Below are positions 12,747 through 26,587 of a DNA stretch of 64,000 bases, piece by piece (position 1 is the first letter of the stretch; every line of letters starts with the position of its first letter). Made by a program: the position numbers and the translations under genes. The stretch is from Azolla caroliniana (Eukaryota; Plantae; Polypodiophyta): NCBI GenBank assembly GCA_043228905.1, contig JBHGNT010000007.1, positions 19,344,001 to 19,408,000 of the forward strand, given 5' to 3'. The notes beneath the pieces are model-generated. The model was not told where the DNA came from. It ran no database searches and was given only the letters and a program-made list of their open reading frames with translations.

Positions 12747-15700
12747 TGTAAAGAATTGGATATGATTCTTGTGTAGCGGAAGAGATGTGTGTTATGTGTA
12801 TGTGTGAGAGGAATTAGAGAATAGAATAGAAACACAAGATAGATAAACTAGCGAAATGAAATACTCAAGAAGAAGGTGTATATTTCACAAGTAGAATGAG
12901 ATTTACAAAATGTAGCATAACAAGGAGTCACAACCGATTTAGTATGAAGTATGAGGAGGGTGCTTTGTATAGAGTCACCCTCTCTCTTCATTAACTTTAC
13001 AACAACCACTCTCTCTCTTGGGGAATGTGAAGACTCATAGTCATGGGGAATATGTAACTCATTAGTTATGTGTCATGGGGAATATGTAACTCATTAGTTA
13101 CGCCCAGATCCTTCAAAATCCTCTTGAGCCATACGACTTCACATGCAACTATGACTGCGACCCTGTATTCTGCCTCTGTACTCAAAAGAGCGACGATAGG
13201 CTGCTTCTTGCTACTCCACAAAATCGCTCCGCTGCCGAGGGAGAAAACAAATCCGGAGGTCGATCGTCGATCGGCTTTGAAGCCAGCCCAGTCCGCGTCA
13301 GTGTACCCTTTGAGTCATATTGGTGTGGCCGATGCGTAGAGAATGCCGTAATCCATTGTTCCGCTCACATATCGTAATACTCTCTTAGCACAATCGAAAT
13401 GGATATCTCGTGGAGTTTGCATGAATTGGCTAAGGAGTCCGACCGGATAGCTAAGGTCGGGTCATGTGATCGTGAGATAGATGAGACTCCCTATCAGTTG
13501 TCGATATTGAGTTAGATCGCACTCGTTCATGCCGGAGTCGGCATCTAGTTTGAGGTTTCTATCGAGAGGCGTAGCGATCGATTTGCACTCCGTCATCCCG
13601 AACTTGTATAACAAGTTGAGAATGTAGTACCGTTGAGAGATCATAATGCCGACCGAATTCTGAATCACCTCGATGCCTAGGAAGTAGTGTAGCTCCTTCA
13701 TGTCCGTCATCTCGAATTTGTTGGAGAGGAGGGACTTCACCTTGTTGATGTTGACTAAATGCTCACCTCCAATAACGAGATCATCCACGTATAGAATGAT
13801 ACCAATTGGGCTTTTAGACTCGTTTCGTACATAGAGGGAGTTGTCAGATTTCGACATTCGAAAGTCGATTTGATGAAAATACTCTGTAATCTTCGAATGC
13901 CAAGCACATGGTGCTTGCTTGAGGCCGTAGAGAGGCTTCTTGAGTTGGGATACGGCTTTTGGATGAATGCACGATTTGAAGCCAAGTGGTTGTACCATGT
14001 ACACGTCCTCGTCTAATTTGCCTTGAAGAAAGGCGTTCTTGACGTCCATTTGATGGGGGTGCCACCTTTAGCAACTGCGAGTGCAATTACGGTCCGCAAA
14101 GTCGTCATCTTTGCCACCGGGGCAAATGTTTCTTTGTAGTCGATGCCATGTGTTTGTGCATATCCTTTCGCTATGAGTCGAGATTTGTAGTGGTTGACGA
14201 AGCCGTCAGCATTATACTTCACCTTGTAGATCCACCTGCAACCGATTCCCTTCTTGTGCGGTGAGTGGGGAACGAGATCCCATGTCTCGTTCTTTCGTAA
14301 TGCACGCATCTCCTCATTCATTGCTTCGATCCATCGCAGGTCCTTCGCGGCTTCGGAAAAGGTTTTCGGATCCCGTATTGTTGCTACCTTCATCATAAAG
14401 GTGTAATGGTATGCCATATAATCGTTGTAGCCGAATCGGCTTACGGGGTTCTTTTCACGAGTGGATCGGCGGAGCTTCTCGTTTGCGGATACTACGGCGT
14501 TCTCCGCTCCATTTGTCCGGATCTCAAGGCCTTGGGACTCACTATCGAGGGAGTGAGTCGATTCGTTGCCATCGAAGTGATCGTCTTCATATTCTGGCAT
14601 TTTTGCCTTCCCTTTGTCCATCTTCGGACTTGGCCGAGATGTGCTTTGATCGATCGGAGACTCTTGTGGTCCACTCAGTCGGGTTGTGATCGGATTTTCT
14701 TCGAACATGCGCATAAGTCGATCTTCGACTTCTATCTCTATTTCGGCGGAATCCGGGTCGAGCGGAATCGAAGTCGAAGTTGTCTCTGATGCGTACCAGG
14801 ATGCGGACTTGTCGAAAACAACGTCTCGACTTACTCGAGATTTTTGAGTTGAGGGGTTGTAGCACTTGTACCCCTTTTGCTCCAGTGAGTATCCTACGAG
14901 GATACATTTTTCCGACTTTGGGTCGAGCTTTTGACGCTTCTCATCGGGGATGTGCATGTATGCAATGGAGCCGAATATCTGAACATGCGATAGGTCCGAC
15001 TTCTTTCCGAAGAACTTCTCGTGTGGAGTAAGTTCGTGCACACCCGATGTCGTACACCAATTCATGAGATAGACGGCCGTGTTAGCTACTTCCGCCCAAT
15101 ATGATTTCGGCATGTGGTTTTCGTTAAGCATAGCCCATGCCACTTTGAGGATGTGCCGATTCTTGCGTATGGCCACTCTGTTTTGTTGTGGCATATGTCG
15201 ACACGAAAACTCTCGCCGTATTCCTTCTTTCCGTAGAAACGCCAAAAATTCGTCGGAGAAGTACTCCTTGCCTCCATCCGACCGAAGACATCGTACATGT
15301 CGGCCCGTGGCTTTCTCGACTTCATTCTTGAATTTTTGGAAGTGTTCGAACACTTCGCTCTTTTGCCGCATCGGGTAGATCCAAGTGTGTCTAGAGAAGT
15401 CGTCGATGAAGGTCACGTAGTATCGGTTTCCGCCGAATGTCGCTGTCTAAGCCGGACCCCATACATCGGAATGAATTATGTCGAGTACGCCTTTGCTCAC
15501 ATTCCGCTCCTTCGGAAATGGGTGCCGATGCTGCTTGCCGAATTGGCAAGCGGCACATACGCTTTCAATCTCTTTCTCCGCGAGTGTCGGGAGCCCGATG
15601 ACGACTCCTTTCGATTGCATTGCCTTGAGCTTTTGGAGATTTATATGGCCAATCCGCTTGTGCCATAACTCTATGTCGGAATCGGCTTTCACGCCCTTCG

Positions 15701-17432
15701 CGAACATGGCCGATTTCATCTCGTGTGAGTCGAGAATGAACATTTGGCCCTCTGTACGTCCACGAGCGATGAGTCGGCCCTCTTTTTCGATGAAGCAACC
15801 GCCTTGATTAAATCGTACTTGCATTCCTTGCTCTACAATTTGGCCGACGGAGACCAAATTCTTCGTGATAGTTGGTGCATGCAAGACATTTTTAATATAA
15901 GTTTGTTTACCTTCTTCTCTGAACGGAACATTGCCGATGTGCCGAATCGGGTGCGTAGTGTCGTCTCCGGTTTTGACATAGCCGGGTCGGTCCGGCTCTC
16001 GAAGTTCTCGGAACCATTCTTGATGTGACATCATATGGTTTGAGGCACCGGAATGGACGAACCATACGTCTTCCGGACCGGAGGCACTAGTGGAAGTAGA
16101 GGCTGACATAGAATTCGCTCTATGTCTCATCACGAACATTCCCCGCGATCATCATAATCGGAGTTGATGGCGTAGTTGGTGAGTTGTCGGCTAGTGGAAG
16201 CCAACTCACGTATCTTCTTACGACATTCTTCTTCGTGGTGACCGATTTTTCCGCAATATCTGCATTCGACTAAGCTTTGTCGGTTCGGACCGGAGTGGAA
16301 GCTCCCCCTTCTTCCGAAGGTTCCATGATGGCTTCCGTCTTGATGCCGAAATTGCGAGTTGTTTTCGTAAATTGGGCCTTGTCCGCCTTGTCCGCCACGT
16401 CCTTGGCCGAATCGGCCTCTTCTTGCACGGCCGCGTCCTCTTCTTCTGTCCGAATGCGTGTAGAGAATTTGGCATTCCGAGGCGTTGTTCTTTGTTCGAA
16501 CATGATTCTCTTCAACCAACAACATGGATTGAAGATCGAAAAAGGAGGGCGGATTCTCCTGTGCTAGTACGACAGTCCGTATCGCGCCGAATTGTGGTGC
16601 AAGGACGCTGAGGCATATTTGCACCATCTCATCATCGTCCACATTGACGCTTATTGAGCTGAGCGAGTCGCAAAGCTCCTTGATCTTCAAGGTGTAGCTT
16701 GTAATGGACATATCCCATTGTTGAATGTTATTCAACTCTTGGCGGAGTTGAAGCTTTCTCGTAGTCGTGTTGGCGGCGAAATTTTTTCGTAGATTCTCCC
16801 ACGCTTCCTTTCAGTGTCTCGGCTTCTCGAATGTAGCCGAGCATGTGGTCGTGAACACATGTCGCCAAGCAATACATCACTCGGCTTGCCGCTTGCTCCC
16901 ATGTTGCATAGTAAACGTCTTTTGGGTTGGGCCGATTTTCTTGTGCTCCTTTGATGTAGCTCCAATAGCCTTGGCCGACAAGGTATTGGTGCATCTTGTA
17001 CTCCCAAGATGCAAAGTTGTTGTGATCCAACTTCTCGCTAGGGAGAGCGCTCCTCATTTGAGTACTCATTGTCGATGTAGATTTCTTCCTTCTTTTCTTT
17101 TCCTTCTCTCTCGAACACGAGCTATGTAGTCGTAGTACAATAGCAATGAGCCGGTTCTTCTTGAACGTCGGTGTAGAGCACAACACACGATCACGATGAG
17201 GCGAGTGGGCTAGATCGAGCTACCAAATTGCTCTGATACCATGTAAAGAATCGGATATGATTCTTGTGTAGCGGAAGAGATGTGTGTTATGTGTATGTGT
17301 GAGAGGAATTAGAGAAGAGAATAGAAACACAAGATAGATAAGCTAGAGAAATGAAGTACTCAAGAAGAAGGTGTATATTTCACAAGTAGAATGAGATTTA
17401 CAAAATGTAGCATAACAAGGAGTCACAACCGA
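12747..17432 (-). mobile_element. Copia-2: Ty1/Copia element, truncated RNase H, partly discordant LTRs
   Basis: LTR segments starting tgtaaagaat at 12747 and 17242 match for about 190 bp, then diverge. PBS (reverse complement gctctgatacca) at 17230-17241. Minus-strand gag, PR, INT and RT fragments. TSD not confirmed. Confidence 0.9.
13100..17070 (-). pseudogene. Copia-2 gag-pol (frameshifted)
   Basis: Motifs [65 protein letters not shown] and LYVDDL. Confidence 0.9.
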
Positions 17433-18479
17433 CTCCGGTGGGATGCTATAAGCACTCTTTCTATATACTTACTCTTTCTACAACAACATTCTTTGTTTAC
17501 AACACTCTTTCTATATACTTACTCTTTCTTGGCCTTTCTCAAAAACGATTGCCTTGACTACTTGTTAATAAGCTATTAGTTTTATTCTTTTGACACCCAA
17601 AACAATTCCTAGGAGAGAAATACAATTCAAATATACAACCAAAATGAGATTCATAATGAGATTCAAATATTGATTTGATATTGCAAAAAAGTTTCCAATC
17701 CGCATGTTTGATGTTACAAAGTACAACATGATTTTCTGCATGTTCGAAGTGTGTCCGTAGTGGCTTTGAAAATCTTTATTGCTCTTATCCTCAACTTCCT
17801 CATGTGTGATTGGCGTGATCTGTTGTACTTGAGCTCCGGATCCAAAAAACGATTTATTGATCGTTGTCTTTCGTATTCGTTGAAGAATGATGTGGTTGTA
17901 CTCCTCTTGAGACCATCTTCCTGTGTAGGCTGTTAATGAAATTAATTTGACACTTGACTCAACAGTGTAAGAACCATGTAATTTTTTGCAAGCACTTGAT
18001 TCAATTAATTTGCTGTTTCCCATGGCCAATTCCATTTGAATGTCATTTGGCAACCATTCCATGGACATTTGAAGGGTCTTTCATCCACACATGAACACGC
18101 CAATGTTGCAACAAGTATTTATGTGATCCAAATCACTTTCCACATCCAACAAAAGTGCATGCATTCCATTTATGCAAGTTCAACTCTTGTTTGGAGGTAA
18201 AACTCATTGTGTCAAATTGAGTCATATACAACCAGAATGAGATTCAAATAATCTGACTCACAACGAGAATGTACATCAAATTGAGTCATATACAACCAGA
18301 ATGAGATTCACACAATAAGACTTACAACTAGAATGTACATCAAATTGAGTCATATACAACCAAAATGAGATTCAACTATTTACCAGATATTACAAAAAAG
18401 TTGGCAATCCGCATGAGAGTAAATCGAGATCATATGTTTGATGTTACAAAGTACAACATGCTAGTGATTAAAATAACCC

Positions 18480-20300
18480 TATGCCCAGAGTCCTTCGTGT
18501 CCATTTTGCCATGATTTTCCGAAGGAGCTTTACGTCTTCGAATCCAAACCATTGCTCCTTACCCTACACCACAAGATGCCATCAACCTAAGCCCAAATTC
18601 AATTCTCATAAATACTTACAAATTGATCGGACTCAAATCCTTGAATGAACTCCTCGACCAACATTCGAATGGTTTGCATCACGTAATACCCACAATCCGT
18701 CCCATTTGGTTGGGTTGGGATATGCAATACTTGGAACCGCTCGTTGTTGATGATGCAATGGTCGTGTGTGGCGCTAGAGATATGTCGTACAACCAAATCA
18801 CCCAATGTCTTCATGCCGGCAGTCAGATGATTATTTAGTGGATCGCAAAAAACAATATGGCTCCTCACCTTGGCATCGAGACCTATAGGAGTCTGTCACA
18901 TCTTCAACCAAAGCACCCAATGCCCTGAGTGCAATATAGGAATGAAGACATATTCCTGTTTAGGGACCCGAGTGAGTATGTCTTCACCCTTATCACTTTG
19001 GCCTTCTAGTTGTACCCATAGTGGATCCATAATATGAAACCGCTTGTTGATCTCGGGGCCAACGAGTACTCCATCCATAAGTGGAAGAGGGTCATCATCC
19101 ATGTGTATGCCATCTCCCCTACAATGCACAACGAACATAGTTCTACCTTCGTCAAAAAGACCGCTAGATCTAATCGTCGACAAGCCACCTGAAACCTGTT
19201 TATTAGGCCAGATTAGTAACTACAAAAAAAACATGAAGTTAACTATTGATCTCATGCCCCCACCATAACGGCATACCTAGTGAACTTATTTCTTGTTGTG
19301 TTATCCCATGTTTTTGTGATTGTCCTAGGACCAGCAAAGAAAATCCCAATGTCCGCACCCTCATCTATGCCAGATGATGTAATGAACGACAATTTACTAG
19401 GGTCCAATTTTTTCTTGTGGATTTGGATTTTAGGCCTCCTTGGTTGTTGGGTTGTCGATTCTGATAGTTGGTCTTGACCACCATCGATCCTGACATGTGT
19501 CTCATCTTTTGGCATGGGAATTCCATGATTCTTACACTAAAATTCATACATAAGATTTACACATAATCATTCACACACTAGATTTAGACTCACATAAGAT
19601 TCACACATAATCATAAACCTTACTTACATAAGCTTCAGACACAACCGCAATCTTCAACTTCAATTTTGCCATCCTATGCTCCTTTCCCTCGTCATACCTG
19701 GCCATTTGTTGGCTGACGAATTGGGCAATGAAATCGACCTCCTTGGATGTTCGAAGTGCGTCCGTAGTGGCTTTGAAGATCTTAATCGCTCTTGTCCTCA
19801 ACTTCCTCATGTGTGATTGGCGTGATCTGTTGTACTTTAGCTCCGAATCCAAAAAACGCTTTATTGATCGTTGTCTTTCGTAGTGGCTGAAGAATGACGT
19901 GGCTATACTCCTCATGGAGGTTGATTGCTCTTCTTCTTCTATCTTTAGCCCCCGAGGCAATACTACACGGATGCCATGTGCCTTCTGTAAGTGAGCCTCC
20001 ATGTCAGCTTTTTTGCGAAACCATCATACCTCTTTTCTACATGAATCTCCAATGATACATGTGCAACATTTGATACCTGTCGAGTCTCTTCCCGCCTTGA
20101 AGAGGGACATGGGGTCCACTACAACAATGGTGTAACATTTGCATTAGAAAAACCCAATATATACTTACTTCAATAATGATTATAAGAATGTACATCAACT
20201 CACCATTTACACTGATATCTTCAACACCTAGCCCCACGTCATGTATGGGGTTCATATCCATGTTCGAGTCTTCAGTAATGATGTTTTCAGCATCCATATT
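18480..20300 (-). pseudogene. MULE-1 passenger: multi-exon ULP1/C48 SUMO-protease-like gene with N-terminal C2H2-like finger
   Basis: VFIPILHSGHWVLW (catalytic His), FCDPL (Asp) and PTQPNGTDCGYYVM (oxyanion Gln, catalytic Cys). Upstream CCTC..F.....M..HLQKAH at about 20080-19975 has an in-frame stop. Exon boundaries approximate. Confidence 0.8.
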
Positions 20301-21560
20301 GTTGGATTTGGGGCACCTAGCACCCTTTCTTACAAAAACCCTAAACCATCATTCAAGTTAGCACACAAACATCACTATTTATACACAATATAAAGTTGAG
20401 AAATGATTCATCCCATCTTCAAAAACCACCAATGGATCTACGATCATATTTGGACATCATATTTGAAGCAATCATGAGACATATACACAAGTTGTCTATG
20501 TTCTCACAAATGTACTGCCGCACATTTTTTTGTGGATGTACACTCCATTGGGTATTTGAGCCTTATATGCATCGTAGGCACAATAGAAACATGATTAAAC
20601 CCCATTTATAAGACTGAATATGTTGATCTTATATATTGACACTTGTTTACCTAGAACCAATATACATTTTTCGTCACCCATAATATGGGTTTCAGGTGTT
20701 CATGGCTTGTAATAAATGTGCATATTCTTATGTTATGCTTGATTTTCACTTTTACATAAATGTCTTTACTGTTTCCTTAGTAATTGGTAGAGTCCAAAAC
20801 ATCACCATATGTTTGTCTTTAAATTCAAGAATACTTGAGTCTATCCTATTGTTTCTACACAATACATTAGTGTTAAGGATTTTGGAATGGACAAAAATTG
20901 TGAATGATTTCAAAAAATAGATCAATCTTAACAAATTCTAACATATCAATGTCAATAATTTAAAATTCATGAATGCTACTTACAGCTTTTATTTTAGTTT
21001 TTGTAATATATATACATAGAGGGCACATTCTAAATTAAGGGAGATAGCCGTAATAATGATACGTTTTAAATCATAGTTATAGTTCATGAGTCCATGACAA
21101 ATAGTTGGTCTTCATGGAGAATCCTAATTTCATTCAACAAGAATTTATCATTTATCATTTAGAATACTATAATGGACACAACGTTTTACTTCCAACTTAA
21201 AACAGACTTACGTAGACTTACATAGCACACAACTTTTTTTAGTAAGGCATTAATTACATTACTATTATTTGGGGAGAAAAAACGCAAAGAATGTATTCAA
21301 GATTTGAGATTTGACATTCAAATGTGGGCATAAAAAAACCCAATAATGCATGAATCACATGGGCAAATTCAAGCATTCAAATGTTGGCATTTATGTAGAT
21401 TCGCAAATTCAAGTATTGTTAATTTAAACATTAACTAATTCAAATTTTGGGTTTTAAAATGTTTATATTTTTTTGTAACATACATTCCCTTGAGAAAAAG
21501 AATTATTTTTGAGGAATTGTTTCTTTGAAGAATAAAGACCTATTTCTTCTATTGTAGGGT

Positions 21561-21952
21561 AAAAACCTAATATGGATGATGATTGCTTGAATACACATAG
21601 ACAAGTATTATTTTTATTCCATGTCTACTCAAAATCATGGCTGATTGCTTGAAGACACAATAGAAGGAATAAACCATATTAGGTTCAAGCAATCATCCAT
21701 ATTAGGTTGATGGTTTTTATGACATGGAATAAAACCTAAACCTAATAGAAGGAATAAAAACCTAATATGGATGACGATTGCTTAAATACACATAGACAAG
21801 TATTATTTTTATTCCATGTCTACTCAAAATCATGGTTGATTGCTTGAAGACACAATAGAAGGAATAAAACCATATTAGGTTCAAGCAATCATCCATATTA
21901 GGTTGATGGTTTTTATGACATGGAATAGGCCCTAAACCTAATAGAAGGAATA
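21561..21952. repeat. About 196-bp tandem duplication in the MULE-1 5' non-coding region
   Basis: aaaaacctaatatggatga..gacaagtattatttttattccatg.. occurs at 21561 and about 21757. Confidence 0.85.
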
Positions 21953-22410
21953 TGATACCTAATAAAAACCTAAACCTAATAGAAGGAATATGATACCTAC
22001 TAACTAATTACTGTAGGTGCTCGCGGACAACAGGTGTTGTGCCTCACTAAAGATGTCTGCAATAGTGCTCGCAAACAGCAGGTGGTGCGCCTTGCTCAAA
22101 AACCCTAAACCCTCAACCTCACGCTTCTTGTTTGCAAACAGGAAAAAAATGACAAAAAAAAGGGCTTTTATACTTCCCTCAAACTAATGAGAAGCGCTCC
22201 CTTTCACAAAGTGGAGCCCTTCTTTAATGAGACGGGCTCCGTTTTTAATGAGACGAGCTCCCTCTTTAATTGGCGCGCTTTTTCGCGCCTTTTCCACAGC
22301 CACATTGGACGGTGTAGATCGCACGTGCCCTCATCTAGCGACCTACACCGTCCCTCTCCGCGATTCCCTCACTTGCCCTCTTTAATATTTGGTAGTAGTT
22401 AGACACCACG

Positions 22411-23146
22411 GATATATACACATATGTACATATAAATATTCATACATACACTAAATAGTACATATATACATACGTTAATTATTTACATAGATATTATGCA
22501 CATATTGCAATCACACATCCATACACATTGAATCATGTACATTGATATATGCATACACATACATACATACATAAATACAATTATGCATATATGCATGCAC
22601 ATATGTACATTAACACATGGACATACATATATTCATTTATACATACACATACATACATTAGATATTTACATAGATATTATGCACACGTTACAATCACACA
22701 TCCATACACATTGAATCATGTACATTGATATATGCATATACGCATACAATCGTATGTACGTACATACACACCGACGAACATACATACATACATACATACA
22801 TTACATATGCATACACACATGTACATTCATATATGGACATACATATATTCATTCAGATATTGTTGCACGTATATACACACATATGCCTACAATGATACAT
22901 GTATAAATTTTACAAACATACATCATTCCCTGAAAACACGCATAGACAAATACATGTGCATACATATATATACATTTGTACATTGTTACATCCATACATC
23001 CATCCATTTGTATATACATACATACATATATACATAAAACATACACACAAGCACAAAACACATACCTTACATACTCACATGCCATACACACTATACATAG
23101 AACACAATATGTACATACATACAATATATACAATACAATACAATAT

Positions 23147-23189
<43 letters not shown>

Positions 23190-23263
23190 ACATACGCATA
23201 AACACACCTACACATGCACATATATACAACATACGCACAGACACACACATAACACATACATAC
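22411..23263. repeat. AC/AT-rich microsatellite-like tract (between the two MULEs)
   Basis: Same composition and sub-motifs as 840-2694, e.g. tacaatcacacatccatacacattgaatc. (AC)n run at about 23149-23187. Confidence 0.9.
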
Positions 23264-23918
23264 TCTCGTGTCTATTTTGCATCAAATCATAAAGAGGGCT
23301 GGCGGGGGAATCACAGCCACAGACGGTGCAGGTCGTTTAGAGGAAGGCGCGTGCGATCTACACCGCCAGATTTCGATAAGGAAGAACGCGCGAAAAAAAT
23401 GTTGTCAGAGGTTGCCCAACTCTGAGTTGTTGGTTGCCCAACCAGAATTGGTCGCTCAACTCTGATTGTTGCAAGTCGGCCAACCGTTTTAGGTCACCCA
23501 ACCTTGACATTTGCAGGTTGCCCAACCGATTGGTCGCCCAACCAAATGTATCATTTCGACCAAAATCTTCAAATAAGCTTGTTCATTACCCTTAAAACTT
23601 ACAATAACATATCAAACAGTCACAAAATCCAACCTTAAATTATTCAAAATCAACGATCTTTACCATACTTATGTTAAAAAAAATAATCATATTAAAACAA
23701 AAAAGTTAAAAGTTAAAAAACATAAAACTTAAAACAAAGAACGTAAATCCACTTTAAACACCGTAAACCCAAATCAAAGGATGGCATACTTGAAACAGGA
23801 AACTTAAACCATAAATCAACATATGACATACTCCCAAATGCACTCATAAATCAACATAAATTCACTTGAAACATTGTAAACCCAAATGCACTGGTCCACA
23901 AAACCACTCAAGCTATGT

Positions 23919-25930
23919 TTATGGCTCATTCGGAGATGATGGCAAGATGTGACCACAATTCTTGCAACAATCAACATTTGAGTCCCTTGATCTAAAGGGC
24001 AAGGCATCGCAATGCAAGCATCGCATCTTCTTTGTTGCACATATTGGCAACCGCCTCCTAGCTCGACTTGCGCCTCTTTGCATTTTTCCTGTGTGTGCCT
24101 TGGAAGTGTTTGGGGAGCTGCCAATAAGATCCTGTGAAATGTTGATTGATGCTCCCCTTTTTGCACCAATTGCTTGCTTACACCCTATGGATCCATGGTC
24201 TTCTTCATTGGTTGGTTTCGGAGCACCTAGGTGATACACCAACGTCTGATCTATTTCTTCAATGGACTCCATACATGCCAAAATTGTTGCACGGTCGAGG
24301 GATCATAACCCTTGCCTAGGACATTGAATAGCCCCCTCAACCGTTTGTATTTTCAACTCCCATTCCTCCATTTGTGATGTTATAGGGTTTGTCTCCTCGA
24401 CTGGTTCTACCTCTGTCTCCACTTCCGTCTCTGTGAAATGATAATTGTGCATATGGGTTGCATGATCTATAAAAGGCAATGACCCACATAGATGTGGCAT
24501 GTGCCTCTCAATAATCATCCTGATGCCGAGTATATGCTTACATTTACTCATAGGCTCTTGGCAATGACAATATGAACATTGGAGCGATACATTATACCAT
24601 ACATTCGGTTTTGTCAAGCTCAATATTTTAAACCAATATCGGGGCTCGTTCACAATATGCATTGTCGCATAATTAGTTTCATACCTCTCTAGTAGCCTTT
24701 CGGCCTCTTTAAGTCTTGTTGTTTGATCCCTACAATTTACACGTGGTGCAAATCTACCACTCTCACATATTTCTTGTCGTTGCTTGTACCATTCAATAAT
24801 AGTACCCCCGATGCAGGTGCTAGTTTGACTATCCCCGATTAAAACATGCACAACATTGGTAATTGATCGGTTTATCCTCCCTCTTAAGGCAGTATATTTG
24901 ATAAACTGGCAATGTCTCTCCACAAGATTGGTAGTGTCAACATGTACGCAGTTGAACATTCTACCAAATTTGGGCCACAGTTTCCTTCACACACATGTCA
25001 AGCCACACCATCCTCCTTCTATATATTGCCAAACACCTAACTTGTTTGCATATTCTACCTTTAACTCCTCACATTGGGCATTGAATGTGGATTCCGTAAT
25101 GCATTGCATGAGTTGGCACATCCGATTATAAAGATGGTTTCTCTCTGTTGCACTTACTTTTGGCAACAAGTTGTCCAACCATGTTTTTTTTGCATGGAAG
25201 TGACACAACAAAAGTCGACAATGTGTTTGCGACCTTTGCCCATTTGTAACTATCCAAGATAATCGGTTTGTTGCAACCACATTACTTATGGCATTATATG
25301 ATGTCCAACTTTTATCGATGACTATGGCATTTGGCCTCACATTGGGCATCCGTGCGAATATGACTCTCAAGCAAGTTTCTAAAGCTACTTGCTCATGGTT
25401 AGACCCCTTATCAAACTACATATCATGTACCATAATGGGATACCAAATCCCATGGCATTTGGGGCCACAACTGCTTATAATGGCAAGCCAAATTGGTTTG
25501 TTTTAAACGTGGAGTCGATTGCCCAAGAGTTGGTTATTGACAATCGTTCACACATCTCACACATCCATTCATCTTGGAGCACCAAGATGAACGGTTGCCT
25601 TGTGGGAGATCCATATTCACCAGGCAAGTAGGGTTGGACATGAGCCACCTTCCCAAGATCTCGAAGGGCATAGGCATCTTGCATCATCAAAGACCAATCA
25701 ACCCCTCACATGGTTGCCTTGTGGGAGATCCACATTCACCAGGCAAGTAGGGTTGGACATAAGCCACCTTCCCAAGATCTCGAAGGGCATAGGCATCTTG
25801 CATCATCAAAGACCAATCAACCCCTCACATGGCACTCCCAAATTTTAACTTGTTGGCCATGTTATTGACCTCCTTTGGTATCATAAAGAACCTATAACTC
25901 ACAAGGTCTAATGGACTAGCCTTGGACTTA
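23919..25930 (-). pseudogene. MULE-2 transposase (frameshifted, N-terminus missing)
   Basis: Motifs WAIDSTFKTN, AIVIDK, LLCHFHAKKTW, TTNLVERH, SWIM CSYCHC..CKH and CLHC..CKNC. Collinear with the MULE-1 transposase. 119-bp internal tandem duplication at 25593-25830. Confidence 0.88.
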
Positions 25931-26289
25931 AAACAACTTGAGATAAACAACTTTAGATTGGTTAAAACATCAAATCTATTGGAGATCATAACTTGAGAAA
26001 CTTTTAAAACAACAAATCAACGTTAGATCACAACTTAGATTGGTTTAAAATAGCAAATCAACTTTAGATCACAACTTGTGATTGGTTTAAAACAACAAAT
26101 CAACTTGAGATAACACTTGTTGTAAACAACATTTCCATTAATAAGTAATCGCGATATACAATGAGTCGATTCTCGCTATACAAAATTTGTGTGGATTCCA
26201 AAATATAGTTACAACATCTACTCTATAGCAAAATCTGTGCTGAAAACAACATTCACAAAATTTACAATATGGAGCCACCGGTCGCATGT

Positions 26290-26587
26290 GCAAATCCTAG
26301 TACCCTTCGTGCCCACTCGTCCACATGAATCCGAAGTGAATCCACTTCGCGTTTGGTGAACTACATCTCTGTGCCCTGTCATCGAATATGTATAAGAACA
26401 CATCTATACGCAATCCACATGAATAAGGCATTGCAATTACACTTACAAAAGTCGGAGATATCCATCCTTGTAAGAACTCCCCCACCAGCATTTGGATAGT
26501 CTTCATGACGTAAAAGCCACAATCCCAACAATTTCGCTGAGTTGGGATGTGCAATACATGATGTCGACCATTCAAGTAATCAAACAT
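26290..26587 (-). pseudogene. MULE-2 ULP1/C48 protease remnant (catalytic Cys exon)
   Basis: VLHIPTQRNCWDCGFYVMKTIQMLVGEFLQG aligns with MULE-1 VLHIPTQPNGTDCGYYVMQTIRMLVEEFIQG. Confidence 0.8.

Larger units (their letters stand above)
2695..22410 (-). mobile_element. MULE-1: Mutator-like DNA transposon with ULP1-like passenger gene
   Basis: Imperfect TIRs of about 110 bp (gctcgtgactaact..ccaaatattaaagagggcaagtaagggaatcgcggagagggacggtg vs reverse complement of about 22300-22410). Exact 9-bp TSD GATATATAC at 2686-2694 and 22411-22419. Contains a MULE transposase. Confidence 0.9.
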
